A DNA stretch of 64,000 bases, taken from contig CACWHC010000003.1 in the NCBI GenBank assembly GCA_902760645.1, positions 29,169 through 93,168 of the forward strand, written 5' to 3'. Positions within the stretch are counted from its first letter, which is position 1; every line of letters starts with the position of its first letter. Made by a program: the position numbers and the translations under genes. Shown one piece after another: positions 37,904 through 47,141 of this stretch. The stretch comes from an uncultured bacterium. Lineage in GTDB: Bacteria > Cyanobacteriota > Vampirovibrionia > Gastranaerophilales > Gastranaerophilaceae. The notes under the pieces were generated by a model, which saw only the letters and a list, made by a program, of their open reading frames with translations, was not told the origin of the DNA and made no database searches.

Positions 37904-39709
37904 ATGGTAGATCAAGTAGGCGGAAATTTTGCAGATAAACATTTACAAGAGCTGAAACAGGATGGTGTAACAAAAGACAGCTTACAAAATAAGAAGCTGC
38001 AATCAGTTTTCTTTGATTTATTTAATAAAAACAATGACAAAGTTCTTGACAAAACTGAGATTAAAAATTTAACAGATGCACCTGATCTGAAAAATAATGA
38101 AGACCTGGTTAAAAATATCGAAAAATTTAATATCCCAAAGGAAGACATAGAGTCTGTCATACAATTTTCCCAATCACCTGATTACTTAGCGGTAACAACA
38201 AAAGAAAAAGAGGGAAAACAGGATGTTCATATATTTGAAGTTACCGATTCGGGTTTGAGAGCAAGTGAAAAGAGAGAACTCCAAAATAACGAAGAAACAA
38301 AAACAACATACAATCCGGACGGAACAAAAACGGTAGAAAAAGGCAGCGTCAAAACAACATATGATGACAAAAACAGAATTATTTCCATAGAAACACAAAA
38401 AAATAAAGACGTAAAAGTTAAAGTAGAATATGAATATGAGGGGGACTCAACAACTCCTAATAAAGAAACGACAACAAACCCTGACGGAACGAAAACAGAA
38501 AAAAAAGAGGACATAAAAAATCCAAATCAGACGGAAGCCTCAGAAGCACAACCGGATGAAAAGGCTAAAGCTGAGGATAAATCAAAAACCGATGAGAAAC
38601 CAAAGGCAGATGAAAAGCCTAAGGCTGACGAAAAATCTGATGCTGAGGATAAACCAAAAGCAAAAGAGGGACCGATTTATGCAAAAGAAGGGGAAACCTT
38701 CAAACAAACAGCAAAAAGACTTGGATTTGAAGAGGGTACTCCTGAATATGAAGCATTTAAAAATGCAAACCCAAAAGCAGCTAAAAAAGGCTGGTTTAAC
38801 ATTGGTAAAGCAATAACTATACCTGAAGATCTTAAAGGAAAACTTAAAGATGAAGCATATGGCGTAGACCCAGCTGCAGAAGAACAATCCTACGTAAATA
38901 AAGCGAAGGAGCAAGGTAAAGCTGACGGCTACAACGAAACAAATACTCAAAAACAGACTCTTGAAAAAGACACAAACTGGTGGACAATAGCAAAACAAAA
39001 TCTTATAGCTGAAGGCAAATCTAATCCGACAAACGGAGAAATATTTGAACGAATCGGCGTAATAATGAACCTGAATGAAGGGAAAGAGCCTAAAAAGGGT
39101 GTAGAAATAATCACCCCAAAGGGAACAGAGCCGACCGATGAACCATCTGAAGCTGCAGAACCTACAAAGGCTGCAGAACCTACACAGCCTGCGGAAGCGC
39201 CAAAACCGGAAGAACCTCAGCTTAATGAGACTCAAAAAGCTGCACTTAAAGATTTAGGATTTACAGATGAAGAAATTGCAGCAGGCAAAGATAAAATTGA
39301 AGAAAAACTTGCAAAAGAAATTATACCAAAACAAATAACAGAACTGGTTCCTATATTCGAGAATAAAGAGTTTGCAGAAGCGGCAAAATCTGCGGTTGAT
39401 TTAACGAAATTTGGTTTGGCTGAACTTCTGTCAGCAAAATATAACCCTTACAGAGAGTTAAAAGAAATTGAAAGCAGTGACCCAAATATAAAAACATTTA
39501 CATCAGGAAATACAAAAATTGAAATCAAGCTTGAAAATAATAAGCCAAAAATAGTAACCATAAACCTCAAAAATCCAACAACAGGCAACGAAGTCAAAAT
39601 TGAATTTGAACAAGGTAAAATAACTGTTAAAGAAGGTGAAAATGGACAAACAATGAACTTGAAACCTGAAGAATTCAATTTTGAAAAGCTACTGGAATTA
39701 GTAAAATAA
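37904..39709 (+). CDS. K/E/P-rich repeat protein with LysM-like and EF-hand-like segments
   Basis: SD aaggag upstream. NKNNDKVLDKTEIKNL is an EF-hand-like loop. YAKEGETFKQTAKRLGF...NIGKAITIP is LysM-like. Repeats KADEKPKADEKPKADEKS and AAEPTKAAEPTQPAEAPKPEEP. Confidence 0.7.
   Translation: MVDQVGGNFADKHLQELKQDGVTKDSLQNKKLQSVFFDLFNKNNDKVLDKTEIKNLTDAPDLKNNEDLVKNIEKFNIPKEDIESVIQFSQSPDYLAVTTKEKEGKQDVHIFEVTDSGLRASEKRELQNNEETKTTYNPDGTKTVEKGSVKTTYDDKNRIISIETQKNKDVKVKVEYEYEGDSTTPNKETTTNPDGTKTEKKEDIKNPNQTEASEAQPDEKAKAEDKSKTDEKPKADEKPKADEKSDAEDKPKAKEGPIYAKEGETFKQTAKRLGFEEGTPEYEAFKNANPKAAKKGWFNIGKAITIPEDLKGKLKDEAYGVDPAAEEQSYVNKAKEQGKADGYNETNTQKQTLEKDTNWWTIAKQNLIAEGKSNPTNGEIFERIGVIMNLNEGKEPKKGVEIITPKGTEPTDEPSEAAEPTKAAEPTQPAEAPKPEEPQLNETQKAALKDLGFTDEEIAAGKDKIEEKLAKEIIPKQITELVPIFENKEFAEAAKSAVDLTKFGLAELLSAKYNPYRELKEIESSDPNIKTFTSGNTKIEIKLENNKPKIVTINLKNPTTGNEVKIEFEQGKITVKEGENGQTMNLKPEEFNFEKLLELVK
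38555..38667 (+). repeat. imperfect in-frame tandem repeats encoding the (K/S)xDEKPKA tract
   Basis: gatgaaaaggctaaagct / gatgagaaaccaaaggca / gatgaaaagcctaaggct / gacgaaaaatctgatgct are 18-nt units. Confidence 0.7.
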
Positions 39710-39724
39710 ATAACATATACAGAT

Positions 39725-39760
39725 ACGAAAAATCCCGATTAATCGGGATTTTTCGTTTTT
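39725..39760. terminator. rho-independent terminator
   Basis: acgaaaaatcccga / tcgggatttttcgt is a 14-bp stem with loop ttaa, followed by a T-run. It overlaps the 3' end of the convergent YkgJ-like gene. Confidence 0.8.
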
Positions 39761-40143
39761 AAATAATCCTTAAAGTTTTTGCCAACAACCTTATATCCGC
39801 AACCATCATGCAATTTAGCTTTGTATGGCAAACGTTTCATAGGATAGATTTTACACATACGAAGCCGATGTTCATAATCAGAACACAATCCGTCTTCCGT
39901 AACAAGTTTACAGGCAAATACAAAATTACCAAACTCATCTCTGCCCTTAATATAAAATCTTCTGTATTTTGGAAATAAAAATTGCATTATTTTAAACTCT
40001 TTTTCTGTATAGGTGTCAACACTATACATATAGTTGCAGCATTTACCGCATTTTTTACACTCACCAACAACATCATAATAAACTTTTTCCGGCACGAAAC
40101 ACGACAAAAACTCATTTATAACTGTAGAAATAAAATCAAACAT
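39739..40143 (-). CDS. YkgJ-family Cys-cluster (zinc/iron-chelating) protein
   Basis: CKKCGKCCNYMY is the CxxCGxCC motif. Downstream lie GLCSDYEHRLRMCKIYP and CGY. Confidence 0.7.
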   Translation of the reverse strand: MFDFISTVINEFLSCFVPEKVYYDVVGECKKCGKCCNYMYSVDTYTEKEFKIMQFLFPKYRRFYIKGRDEFGNFVFACKLVTEDGLCSDYEHRLRMCKIYPMKRLPYKAKLHDGCGYKVVGKNFKDYLKTKNPD

Positions 40144-40220
40144 ATTAAGATTATATCACGAATTTGCCAACATATAACTTTTATACTAGAATAGCACTGT
40201 TATAGTGAGGAAAGCTAATC

Positions 40221-42380
40221 ATGGCAAGAATTAGTAGAAAAGATTTATATGACGCGGAAAGAGCACATTCTCAAGCCAGAACTGCTGCTAAAAATAGCGA
40301 AAAAGAAAAAATAAAAAATAAAAAACCTAAAAAACAAAATCGTTTTTTAAAGAATTTAAGGTCCTTCATAATTTTTTCTATTGCCTGTACTCTGGCAGCA
40401 GTTGCAGCATTTGAACTGTATTTATCTTCACTTCAGCCTATTAAAAATCTTGAGGGATTTAAGCCTAATATAGTAACACAATTTTATTCCCATGATGGTG
40501 AAATAATAAAAACGTTTACCGCATATACTTCTAAAAAACTGGAAATTGATGAAGTTCCGGAACATTTTAAGCAGGCTCTGATTGCCACGGAAGATAAAAA
40601 TTTTTACTCTCATCATGGTTATGACTTAACAGGTTTAGTCCGTTCTACAATTCAGAACGTACTTGCAGGACACGTTGTACAAGGTGCAAGTACAATAACA
40701 CAACAATTAGCAAGAATTTTGTTCTTATCAAACGAAAAAACTTTCGACAGAAAAATAAAAGAAATAATTATAGCAGCAAGAATTGAAAAATCTATTCCTA
40801 AAGATAAGATTCTTGAAATGTATCTGAATAATGTATACCTTGGCTCTGGGGCATACGGTGCTGAAGGCGCAGCTCAAACTTATTTCAATAAAAAACTGAG
40901 CAAATGTAATTTACCGGAGCTTGCTTTGATTGCAGGTCTGCCACAGGCACCATCTGTGTATTCACCATTTAATAACATGGATTTGGCAATAAAAAGAAGA
41001 AATCAGGTTCTTCTTCGTATGTACAAAATGAAATATATATCAAAAGAAGAATATGAAAAAGCAAAAGCTGCCAAAGTAAAATTAACCGATGTTCCGAGAT
41101 TTTATACAACAAACAAAGCTCCATACTTTACGGATTATGTTATGAAAGAACTTGAAAGCATGGGGTTTGATGAAACTGACATATCTCAGGGCGGATACAA
41201 AATTATTACAACATTGGATTATAAAACACAGGAAAAATTGAATGAAGTAATACTAAAAAATATGAAAGCCTACGGTTTAACCAGAAAAAATCAACAGGCT
41301 GCAGTATTTTCATTTTCCCCGATTGACGGCAGAATAATAGCCTACGCAGGTGGTAAAAATTATACAGAATCCCAGTATGATCGAGTACAAGCGATTCGTC
41401 CGGCAGGTTCCGCTTTTAAGCCGTTTGTATATGCTACAGCTTTAGAAAAAGGCATGACTCCAAATGATTTAATAGAAGACAGACCCATCACAATTGGAGA
41501 TTGGTCGCCTAAAAACTATGGTTCAAATTACAGAGGGAAAATCCCGCTATATTCTGCACTGACAATATCCTCAAATGTTTGTGCGGTAAGATTAATAAAA
41601 GAAGTAGGGATAAGAGCAGTAATACAAACTGCAAGAACACTTGGAATAACTACGCCGCTTGAGTACGACTACACAATAGCACTCGGCTCAAACGGAAGCA
41701 AATTATTTGAACTTACAAGAGCATATGGAGCTTTTGCAAACGGGGGTTATGTAGTTCAGCCGTTCGCAGTTGAAAGAATAGAAACATCACGAGGTAAAGT
41801 AGTATACAGAGCACCTAAAGCAAAAGCCTCAAGACAACTTAGTTTAAAAACAGCAGCTGAAATGACCGCAATATTAAAAACCGTTGTAGAAAAAGGTACC
41901 GGCAGAGGTGCAAACATAGGAGTACCTTGTGCAGGGAAAACCGGAACAACAGATAATTATAAAGATGCGAGTTTCGTTGGTTACACCCCTACGGTAGTTA
42001 CCGGAGTATGGGTCGGTAATGACGATAACACAACAACTCACTCAGTTCAGGGCGGCTCAGTTCCTGCCCGAATATGGCATGACGTTATGTTGACAGCTAT
42101 TGAGCAATTTGGCAAATCAGATTTTAACTATCCGGAAATTGAATTAAAACCAACCTGGGCACTTAATCAGGAAGCCAAAGAAACAAATAACAACGAAACA
42201 AGTTCTGCAGAATCAAATGAAACTTATACTGTTTCTGATCAACCAGCAACTGAAAAAACAACAACCACAAAAGAACACGTTACAGTACCGGTTGCGGTAC
42301 CAAAACACAGTTCACCGACTCCTGCACCATTACCATCACCTGCGCCTATTCCGATGGCAGTACCTGAAAGTGTAAGATAA
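40221..42380 (+). CDS. mrcA: bifunctional penicillin-binding protein 1A (transglycosylase/transpeptidase)
   Basis: N-terminal anchor helix. GT51 motifs EDKNFYSHHG, GASTITQQ and RKIKE. Transpeptidase motifs SAFKP, SSN and KTGT. Confidence 0.92.
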   Translation: MARISRKDLYDAERAHSQARTAAKNSEKEKIKNKKPKKQNRFLKNLRSFIIFSIACTLAAVAAFELYLSSLQPIKNLEGFKPNIVTQFYSHDGEIIKTFTAYTSKKLEIDEVPEHFKQALIATEDKNFYSHHGYDLTGLVRSTIQNVLAGHVVQGASTITQQLARILFLSNEKTFDRKIKEIIIAARIEKSIPKDKILEMYLNNVYLGSGAYGAEGAAQTYFNKKLSKCNLPELALIAGLPQAPSVYSPFNNMDLAIKRRNQVLLRMYKMKYISKEEYEKAKAAKVKLTDVPRFYTTNKAPYFTDYVMKELESMGFDETDISQGGYKIITTLDYKTQEKLNEVILKNMKAYGLTRKNQQAAVFSFSPIDGRIIAYAGGKNYTESQYDRVQAIRPAGSAFKPFVYATALEKGMTPNDLIEDRPITIGDWSPKNYGSNYRGKIPLYSALTISSNVCAVRLIKEVGIRAVIQTARTLGITTPLEYDYTIALGSNGSKLFELTRAYGAFANGGYVVQPFAVERIETSRGKVVYRAPKAKASRQLSLKTAAEMTAILKTVVEKGTGRGANIGVPCAGKTGTTDNYKDASFVGYTPTVVTGVWVGNDDNTTTHSVQGGSVPARIWHDVMLTAIEQFGKSDFNYPEIELKPTWALNQEAKETNNNETSSAESNETYTVSDQPATEKTTTTKEHVTVPVAVPKHSSPTPAPLPSPAPIPMAVPESVR

Positions 42381-43012
42381 TGAGTAACTACATTACACAT
42401 ATCGGAACAGATGAATCAGGAAAAGGTGACTTTTTTGGGCCTTTGGTTATTGCAGGCGTAATGGTTGACAAATATGCCGCTGAAAAGTTTATTGATGCCG
42501 GAATTAAAGACAGTAAGAAAATTACTGATAAGAAAATTCTTACACTTGAACCAATAATAAAAGCAAATTCAAAATATTCCGTAGTTGCAATATCAAACCT
42601 AAAATATAACGAACTGTACTTAAAAATTAAAAACTTAAATAAACTTTTAGCATGGGGGCACGCAAGAGTAATAGAAAATGTACTGGAGCAGGAACTGTGC
42701 GAATACGCATTATCGGATCAATTCGGCGATGAAAATCTTATAAAATCGGCACTCATGGATAAAGGGAAATCTATCCGACTCGAACAGATGGTCAGAGCAG
42801 AAAGTGACATCGCAGTTGCAGCAGCATCTGTACTTGCCCGAGCAACATTTATTCACAAGATGAAAGAAATGGAAAATACTTACGGTTTAATATTTCCAAA
42901 AGGTTGTGCTCAGCAGGTCAAAGATGTCGCTTCAGAATTTGCCCGACAATATGGCAAAAACAGACTGCAAGAAGTCTGTAAAACACATTTTAAAACATAT
43001 AAAGAAATATAA
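42380..43012 (+). CDS. RNase HIII-like type 2 ribonuclease H, catalytic domain only
   Basis: GTDESGKGDFFGPLVIAGV, DSKKI, SDQF and AAASVLARA match RNase HIII catalytic motifs. At 210 aa it lacks the usual N-terminal domain. The ATG overlaps the PBP1A TAA (ATAATG). Confidence 0.78.
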   Translation: MSNYITHIGTDESGKGDFFGPLVIAGVMVDKYAAEKFIDAGIKDSKKITDKKILTLEPIIKANSKYSVVAISNLKYNELYLKIKNLNKLLAWGHARVIENVLEQELCEYALSDQFGDENLIKSALMDKGKSIRLEQMVRAESDIAVAAASVLARATFIHKMKEMENTYGLIFPKGCAQQVKDVASEFARQYGKNRLQEVCKTHFKTYKEI

Positions 43013-43082
43013 CGGAAAAATTTACAGATAATTTTATTTATGATAATGTATATTTATATCTGATGAATGGGGATAAATTGCA

Positions 43083-44702
43083 GTGCAATTGATAATAATA
43101 ACTATAGCAGCTTTGCTATACAGACTTGTCGGTATTATTAAGCCGGAAGGATTATGGAATGATGAATATGTTTCATGGCTGGTTGCAGCCACTCCGTTTT
43201 CGGATGGCTTTGTACAGGCAATGAAAGAGCAATGTCACATGCCATTTTACTACCTGTATTTAAAATCGTTTATGGCATGGTTTGGAAGCAGCGATTTAAT
43301 TCTGAGACTGACGTCAGTATTACCCGGAGTAATTTCCGTAATTGTAATGTATTTTATTGGGCTGCAAAAAGATAAAAAGACAGCCGTTGTCGCTTCAGCA
43401 ATTACAGCATTTAGTTCGTTTTTAATTTACTATTCTCAGGAAGTCAGACTTTACTCTTTGCTGTTTATGCTGTCTGCATTTGCACTTCTGTACTTTATAC
43501 GACTTATTAAAAATCATAATATAACAGCACTTTACGGATTAATAATATTTGATTTTTTTATATTATTTACGCACACAATCGGATTTGTATATATCTTTTT
43601 CCAATTAACGGCACTAACTTTGCTGCTTTTTAAAGAATATAAACGACAATTAACCATAGTATGGTCAACATTAATCCTGCTTGGAATTTTGGTTGCTCCA
43701 AACATATACCACATTTTTACAAAATTAGGAATATCACAATGGTGGGGGAGTTTTTCATTATCAAAAATATATTTTTTGGTAACCGATTATTTTTCACCGG
43801 TATTAACTAATTTAGTGAACTCGCCTGACGTATTTTTATACAATCACAGTTTTAGTTTTATTATATTCACTGTTGTTCCTGCATTTATCGCAATAGCATT
43901 TATAATAAAATCGCAGATTAAAGACAAATTAAATATTGCACTATTTATGATTGCACTATTCACAATTATAACGCTTGTCATAGCAGCAGTAATGGGGAAA
44001 CTCATATTTATAACAAAGTATTCAATAGAAATTTATCCTATACTGATATATTTGGCAGCAGTTGGGGCAACCTCAATAAACAGACTATTTCCTAGATATT
44101 TGTTACTTGGAATATTCTTTCTTGCAAACATATACTATCTTACTTTTAGTCCTGTATCTGCACCGAGAATGCCGCGACCGCAGGGACATAAAATTGTTGC
44201 TGAAATTTTAAATAACAGCAATATTCAGGACGGAGATATCCTATTATTTGAATATTATGCACCTGAACGATTTGCTAAATACATTGAACTTAATAAATAC
44301 CAAACATATTCCATAAATAAGGGCAATTTCTATAAATACTTTAATCAAAATTCTACATACAATAGTGCTGCACAAAATGGCAAAGAAGAATTTAAGGAAA
44401 CATTTAAAGGTAAACCAAATATCCAAATGGAATACTTTTTAAAAACCAATATTATGGATAAAATGCACAAAAATCAAAATTTATATATAATAGTAAACGA
44501 CAGCGTAGCAATATATTCAAAAGACGGAATTAAAAATATTATGAATGATGATTTTGCATATAATAAAGTACCGCTTTTATACATGGTATTTTCGTACATA
44601 AATAATTACACCTTTGCATATTTTTCACAAAAACTAAATGTGGCAAGGGTTGAAAAAATGGGGGATTGGAGTGTTATAAAATTCACAAAACTTAATAATT
44701 AA
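43083..44702 (+). CDS. GT39/ArnT-like membrane glycosyltransferase
   Basis: GTG start. LLYRLVGIIKPEGLWNDEYVSW is the first-loop DE motif. About 10 hydrophobic helices are followed by a soluble C-terminal domain. Confidence 0.65.
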   Translation: MQLIIITIAALLYRLVGIIKPEGLWNDEYVSWLVAATPFSDGFVQAMKEQCHMPFYYLYLKSFMAWFGSSDLILRLTSVLPGVISVIVMYFIGLQKDKKTAVVASAITAFSSFLIYYSQEVRLYSLLFMLSAFALLYFIRLIKNHNITALYGLIIFDFFILFTHTIGFVYIFFQLTALTLLLFKEYKRQLTIVWSTLILLGILVAPNIYHIFTKLGISQWWGSFSLSKIYFLVTDYFSPVLTNLVNSPDVFLYNHSFSFIIFTVVPAFIAIAFIIKSQIKDKLNIALFMIALFTIITLVIAAVMGKLIFITKYSIEIYPILIYLAAVGATSINRLFPRYLLLGIFFLANIYYLTFSPVSAPRMPRPQGHKIVAEILNNSNIQDGDILLFEYYAPERFAKYIELNKYQTYSINKGNFYKYFNQNSTYNSAAQNGKEEFKETFKGKPNIQMEYFLKTNIMDKMHKNQNLYIIVNDSVAIYSKDGIKNIMNDDFAYNKVPLLYMVFSYINNYTFAYFSQKLNVARVEKMGDWSVIKFTKLNN

Positions 44703-44766
44703 ACTTTTTATAGCAATTTTTAAAATTTTTAAACGTATATATATATGGAAGGTGTTTAGTTAAAGT

Positions 44767-46344
44767 ATGATAAAGGTAGATGAAAAAGGTTATAGTGCAG
44801 TAAATGCTTATTCGCAGAAAATGCGAAATTATAAGCATGCAAGTCATGCCAATACAACCAGCTTTACCGGGGGTAAAGCCAATGTAGCTACCGAAAGTGT
44901 AGAGGGCATTATTGATGGTTTTATGCCATGGATGGTCAAAAAATTAGGCGTTGCGGAAAAGCTCCGCGGCGAAATCATGAACATTATAATCAATGCAATG
45001 GGTACAGGTCTTGTTGCACCTGTATTTATTAAATATAACTTCTTATCAGATGCGGACGAAGATACCAGAACATACTCAGCTTGGAGACAGCCGTTATCAG
45101 CAGTTTTGGCAGTTGCAACACAAGTAGGGATGACCGCACCATTCTACAAAATGTACGATAATTGGGCAAATAAAGGCGAATTTGATGAAGCTATGAATAA
45201 AACTTTGTTCCAGGATGACTACTGGATAAAGAAACAAGTGAAGAATGAAGCTGCATTCAAAAATGCTACTGCAGATACAATTAAGGCAGAAGTTGCCAGA
45301 AGAAAAGAACAGCAAATGAAAGCATTGACAGAAGCTTTCCTTGATGATGCTCATGGCTGCAGACCGGTATACCAGTTTGCGGACGGAACATCAAAAGCAA
45401 TGAGTGATAAAACATACAAAGACCTATTATCAGAAACAATTAATAAACTTGAAAAAATTGATAAATATACTCTGGACGGACTTGAAGAAACAATCAGATT
45501 AAGAACCAAGAGAAGCAAATACTACAGAGATAATTATTCGGAAGCACGCTCAATACTGGAAGATTTGAAAGCAAATATTGAAAATGCAGGCAACAGGAAA
45601 GACCTGAATAAATATATAGCCGAGAAAATAAGCGAATTAAAAGCTAATCCAAATCATGCAGAAATGGTATCTATACTTAAAGATATCAAACAAAGAGCAA
45701 AAATAGCAAGCAACAATCAAAATAATTCTTATACATTCGCGGATATTCAAAAGGCTCTTGGTGATAAAGTTCAAAACATGATAGCACATGCGGACAAATA
45801 TAAAGATGTCAGAACTGACGTTGAAGTAGAAAATATGGTTAAGCAGACCGTAGAAAAAGACCGCAAAGCATTAACCGAATTAGTTGAGTTTTACTCAAAG
45901 CTAAAAAATGAAATTACAGAAACATCAAGCATAAAATCAATTAAACAACAACTTGAAACCAAAAAAGCTCAGTTAGGCTTGGCTAACAGCAGCCTTGATA
46001 AAGATTTTGTAAAAGAAGTAGCGAACAGACTAATTGAAAGAACAAAGAAACATCACGGATGGTACAAACAATTTACCGGCATCTTTGTATCATTAGCAAT
46101 GCTGCCGTTTACATGTACATTACTCAACTGGATTTATCCTAGATTTATGGATATATTCTTCCCGAATTTATCAAATAAAAAACACAATAATTCATCAGCT
46201 AAACTTGTAGAAATGGCACCAAAAGACACCGTTACTGTCAGTCAGCCACCGGTACAACCAGTATCTACAAGATTTGCATCTATGAAGCTGAATACTCAGC
46301 CGACAGAAAAAAAAGCTGATGCGAAGAAAGTTGAGGTGGCATAA
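44767..46344 (+). CDS. hypothetical membrane protein with a long coiled-coil region
   Basis: 525 aa. Polar leader with TSFTGG, two N-terminal helices, a helical region of about 300 aa, and a C-terminal helix FTGIFVSLAMLPFTCTLLNWIY. Confidence 0.6.
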   Translation: MIKVDEKGYSAVNAYSQKMRNYKHASHANTTSFTGGKANVATESVEGIIDGFMPWMVKKLGVAEKLRGEIMNIIINAMGTGLVAPVFIKYNFLSDADEDTRTYSAWRQPLSAVLAVATQVGMTAPFYKMYDNWANKGEFDEAMNKTLFQDDYWIKKQVKNEAAFKNATADTIKAEVARRKEQQMKALTEAFLDDAHGCRPVYQFADGTSKAMSDKTYKDLLSETINKLEKIDKYTLDGLEETIRLRTKRSKYYRDNYSEARSILEDLKANIENAGNRKDLNKYIAEKISELKANPNHAEMVSILKDIKQRAKIASNNQNNSYTFADIQKALGDKVQNMIAHADKYKDVRTDVEVENMVKQTVEKDRKALTELVEFYSKLKNEITETSSIKSIKQQLETKKAQLGLANSSLDKDFVKEVANRLIERTKKHHGWYKQFTGIFVSLAMLPFTCTLLNWIYPRFMDIFFPNLSNKKHNNSSAKLVEMAPKDTVTVSQPPVQPVSTRFASMKLNTQPTEKKADAKKVEVA

Positions 46345-47048
46345 TGGCAGCAATTAACAGAATTTCAGCAGGTGCGGAAAGCGTTTTCAATACTTGTTTA
46401 AAGCAACCGATGCTAAATTTACAAAAATCAGAATTTATGCAAAAAGGATACGAAGCCTACAGAAACGATAAACAATCATTTATGAACTGGGCCGGTATCT
46501 TATCTATTGTTGCCAAGGACGGTCTTGGTTGCGTAATGTATGTTTGGCAAAGTTTAAACAACAAAAATATTCCTGATGACAAGAGGAAATTCGTAGCAGC
46601 ATTAGACTTAACAAATGGCGGATTAATGATTGCTGCACAGATTATAATGCATATGACAATTTCTCAAAAAATTGTTCAGACAAAAATGTTTAACAAACTG
46701 TTTGGAAAGGCATTTGACAGAAATACCGCAAAAATGATTCACTCCGTAACTAAGAATATAGACAAATTAAAACATATAAGCCAGCAAGAAATTAATGAAA
46801 AGATTGCAAAACGTAAAGATACAGCATTTGCAGCATTCACGACATTAACTTCATTGATTGCAGCTACAACAGTTGGTAAACGTATAATAGTTCCGTTTAT
46901 AGCTACACCTGCTGCAAGTAAAGTTGAAAAATGGATGAATAAAGGTCAAGATGACCAAACGGTTAATGCCGAAACCAAGAATAATTATAATGAACAAAAA
47001 AATATAGAACCTAAAAAGGCTGAAAGTACAAAATCCGTTAATGCATAA
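46344..47048 (+). CDS. hypothetical membrane protein, translationally coupled to the upstream gene
   Basis: ATG 46344 overlaps the upstream TAA (ATAATG). 234 aa with three hydrophobic segments. Confidence 0.55.
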   Translation: MAAINRISAGAESVFNTCLKQPMLNLQKSEFMQKGYEAYRNDKQSFMNWAGILSIVAKDGLGCVMYVWQSLNNKNIPDDKRKFVAALDLTNGGLMIAAQIIMHMTISQKIVQTKMFNKLFGKAFDRNTAKMIHSVTKNIDKLKHISQQEINEKIAKRKDTAFAAFTTLTSLIAATTVGKRIIVPFIATPAASKVEKWMNKGQDDQTVNAETKNNYNEQKNIEPKKAESTKSVNA

Positions 47049-47141
47049 CGGGAGTACTTAACAAATTCTTCACAAAGTCTTTTAATGAAAATATGTTCAG
47101 GTTATACTTGATTGGTTGAGAAAAATTGAGAGGATATATTA

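Noticed and set aside
43055-43100. CUGAUGA box upstream of the GT39-like gene as a possible hammerhead ribozyme core
   Set aside because: There is no matching GAAA box, stem II or stem III pairing, or cleavage-site context.
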